DNA of 63,957 nucleotides, counting the filler, from Porpidia crustulata (Eukaryota), in NCBI GenBank assembly GCA_964255105.1. It is 3 parts of 3 records of this genome, joined end to end, with 100 filler letters (N's around TTAATTAATTAA, not from the genome) between each part and the next. Parts side by side here need not be neighbours in the genome. Positions count along the whole stretch, not along the records: positions 46,317 to 63,957 come from CAXUWE010000209.1; 2 more parts are not named here. One strand, written 5' to 3'. Positions within the stretch are counted from its first letter, which is position 1. Each line of letters opens with the position of its first letter. This document shows, one piece after another, positions 61,689 through 63,957 of the stretch. The notes under the pieces were generated by a model. It was given only the letters and a program-made list of their open reading frames with translations, had not been told where the DNA came from and made no database searches. A program made the position numbers and the translations under genes.

Positions 61689-63957
61689 GTTTATGTCTTG
61701 CTAATTATAGCTAATGAGAGCGTTCGTTGCGTATTTTCGAGAAGAAAATTCTTCGATAAAAACTTTTCCGTTCCGTCTTCTTTTTTCCTAATGATCCTTG
61801 CTTTCTCGACTGCATCATCTTTTATTTCTGTCGTCTCGAGATTTCTCTTGGTTTTCTCGTAAGCTCCGCCTGCGTTTAACAGTATAAATTATCTTTGTTT
61901 CGCTCTCATAATTTCAAACTCGATTCTCTTCAACATACACGTGATTCGTTGAATTTCTTGCGTCGATCATTCAACTTCGCATCGTTGACATTAAGCAGTT
62001 GTTCTCTTGCCTGTGAGAAATGGTTCAGCGTTATTTTATACATATATATACCACTAGAAGACTGTTATTCTTTCGTCGCTTGTCGAAGTTATATTGATAA
62101 TACAGACGTACTCGGCTGTGAAATTTTGTCATGGTTGGTCGAATAGATCGTTCGTGGATATGGGTGTACGATCTCGCCGACTGATTGTCTGAATACAGAG
62201 GAGGTTGAGGTGAGATCATGCTACGTAAGTACGCCAATCGGTCAATCGTCATCGATGTTTTCATCTCTTGTTTTGGCAATGGGCCACGGAAGCATACAGT
62301 TGGACGCAAGCCATGGCAAAGAGTGTCTTCTAGGCTCTAAGTGAAGTATCCACTGCTGGTGCGGGATTTTTGAAACGTTTACACGAAGACACAAAGAAAG
62401 AGAGAAAGAGTAGTCTCGATAAAGGCGACTAGGTCCTCAGGCAGACACTTTATAGCTTCGCATTGAATGCCTATAGCAGTTAGCTGGAGCCAGGCCGTTC
62501 AGACAGAAGCACAAAAGGTCAGCAGAGTCTCTCAGGATCGATGTCACCTGCATATTTTGACATCGTCATAGCTGCTCAGAAGGATTTTTGCGAGAAGCCG
62601 TGTCCGCCGTACCATCTATCAGCTGAGTCTGTTCATTTGTGTTCGATCGAACCGTTTTTATGTGGGCGAGATCAAGCAATAAACAAGATAATCTTCATAT
62701 TGAGTGTTGACAGCGTTCCATCTTCTGTAATTTCTGTCCCAAACGTATTCGGTTTACTCATTCTTGTCTGGCCCCTTTTTGCGGGTCTGCTTCGGTGAGG
62801 ACAGGGTGATTTGAGGTGATCAGCTTGAACACTCACTCAAAAGCTCATCTGAATGTACAGCGCGACTGATGATGCGAGTGCTACAGTCTTAGGGCTCCCA
62901 TCCCTCAATTCCAATGCTATGCTCTTTTCTATCCTTGCCATTCAAAACCTGGTAAGGATCACGCTGTTGTTCGTTGATCGTTCGCCAAGGAGGAACATGG
63001 CAAACAAGGCTTCCGTAACAGTGACTCGGTAGGATTCCGGATTAAAAGTCAAAAAGCAACCAAGAGGTCATCTTGTGGACAGGCTCATCGAGACCCAATC
63101 CTCATTGTGCTGCAGCCTCCCAATGCAATTGGGATACCACGCATGGCTTTCAATGTGAAGCGGAGATGAGCGGAATGCTGTCAATGTCACGCCAATGGTC
63201 AGGAAGCTTTTAGAATGAGACGAGGAGTAGGGCAGGGAAACAAAATCTTACGAGCTCCACAAAAGGCGACTCCTCTCTCTTCGGCTGGCTATTCGTTTGC
63301 TAATAGGGATATCAGACCCTATCCCTTGAGCTGGCTATCAAAGTACCACCAGGATAGTCGGTCACCACACTCCGGTAGCTAGGTCAAGGGATATGTATAC
63401 AGATACGCTCAATATCTATATTGGCTATCAATTAAGGCTTCGCCTTGCCACTTACGGCATTGGGTCCATCTTTAGAGGTACCTATGGTGCCCGGTAATCC
63501 TGAAGGCGCACGGATGACCAGCTGGGGAGATGGATTATCAAAGATTTCTTATATCTAATAGACCATTAGACTGCTCGTCTTCTTGGACAGCTTGCAATCA
63601 ATGAACGTCAAGTCGCATACAGTCTTCGAAAACAGTCCGACGGATTGCTGCCCATCAGGACCCTTTGGCTGCATCGTAGAATCGTTCGATACGCGTGAAA
63701 CTCTAACTGTTTTCTTTTCCACATCTTTTTCCATGGCTTTCTCGCTGATAGGGTGACTTGATATCTGTATCCGCAAATCTCAAGGAAGGACTGTCACGCC
63801 TCACGGCTATTCGTATCAATACTTCATCAATGATCTCGTATAAATTTGCTCCGCGACGTGAGACAAATGGCGCTTGCACTTCACAACGTATTGGGGGTTC
63901 GGATGAGATTCGGGATCAACCCGCGTTGTTGGTTGGGGCCCCATCGACTACCGTGTC

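Noticed and set aside
62300..63800. Possible degraded methyltransferase (LDLATGVW, DYPGGTLI on the minus strand)
   Set aside because: The motifs are short and in different frames; no continuous model could be built.

Overview
Eukaryotic DNA from a filamentous ascomycete (Pezizomycotina-type GT-AG introns with CTRAC branch points). The window is three pieces joined by artificial 100-nt spacers (44 N + TTAATTAATTAA + 44 N) at 23068-23167 and 46217-46316, so adjacency across them is unproven. Piece 1 holds a serine beta-lactamase-family pseudogene, a conserved core block (ABCB/MDR transporter, RPL39, SKP1), and a small tailoring-enzyme group (secreted FAD oxidoreductase, P450, SDR pseudogene) with no backbone synthase visible. 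Piece 2 opens with a Fot1/pogo-like transposon end and about 10 kb of stop-riddled, unidentifiable reading frames, followed by CNL1 (BLOC-1), a Zn2Cys6 transcription factor and a gene-poor stretch. Piece 3 is accessory: a GPI-anchored protein, a foldback/MITE-like repeat, a membrane protein, several disrupted genes (secreted proteins, an F-box protein), a tiny MITE in an AT-rich tract and an intact HET-domain gene. No CRISPR, rRNA or convincing tRNA was found. I cannot demonstrate a new biological system. The best candidates to follow up are the 23-33 kb relic island, the F-box/secreted-protein/HET block, the foldback element and the orphan tailoring cluster. All family assignments come from motifs recognised by eye, not database searches.
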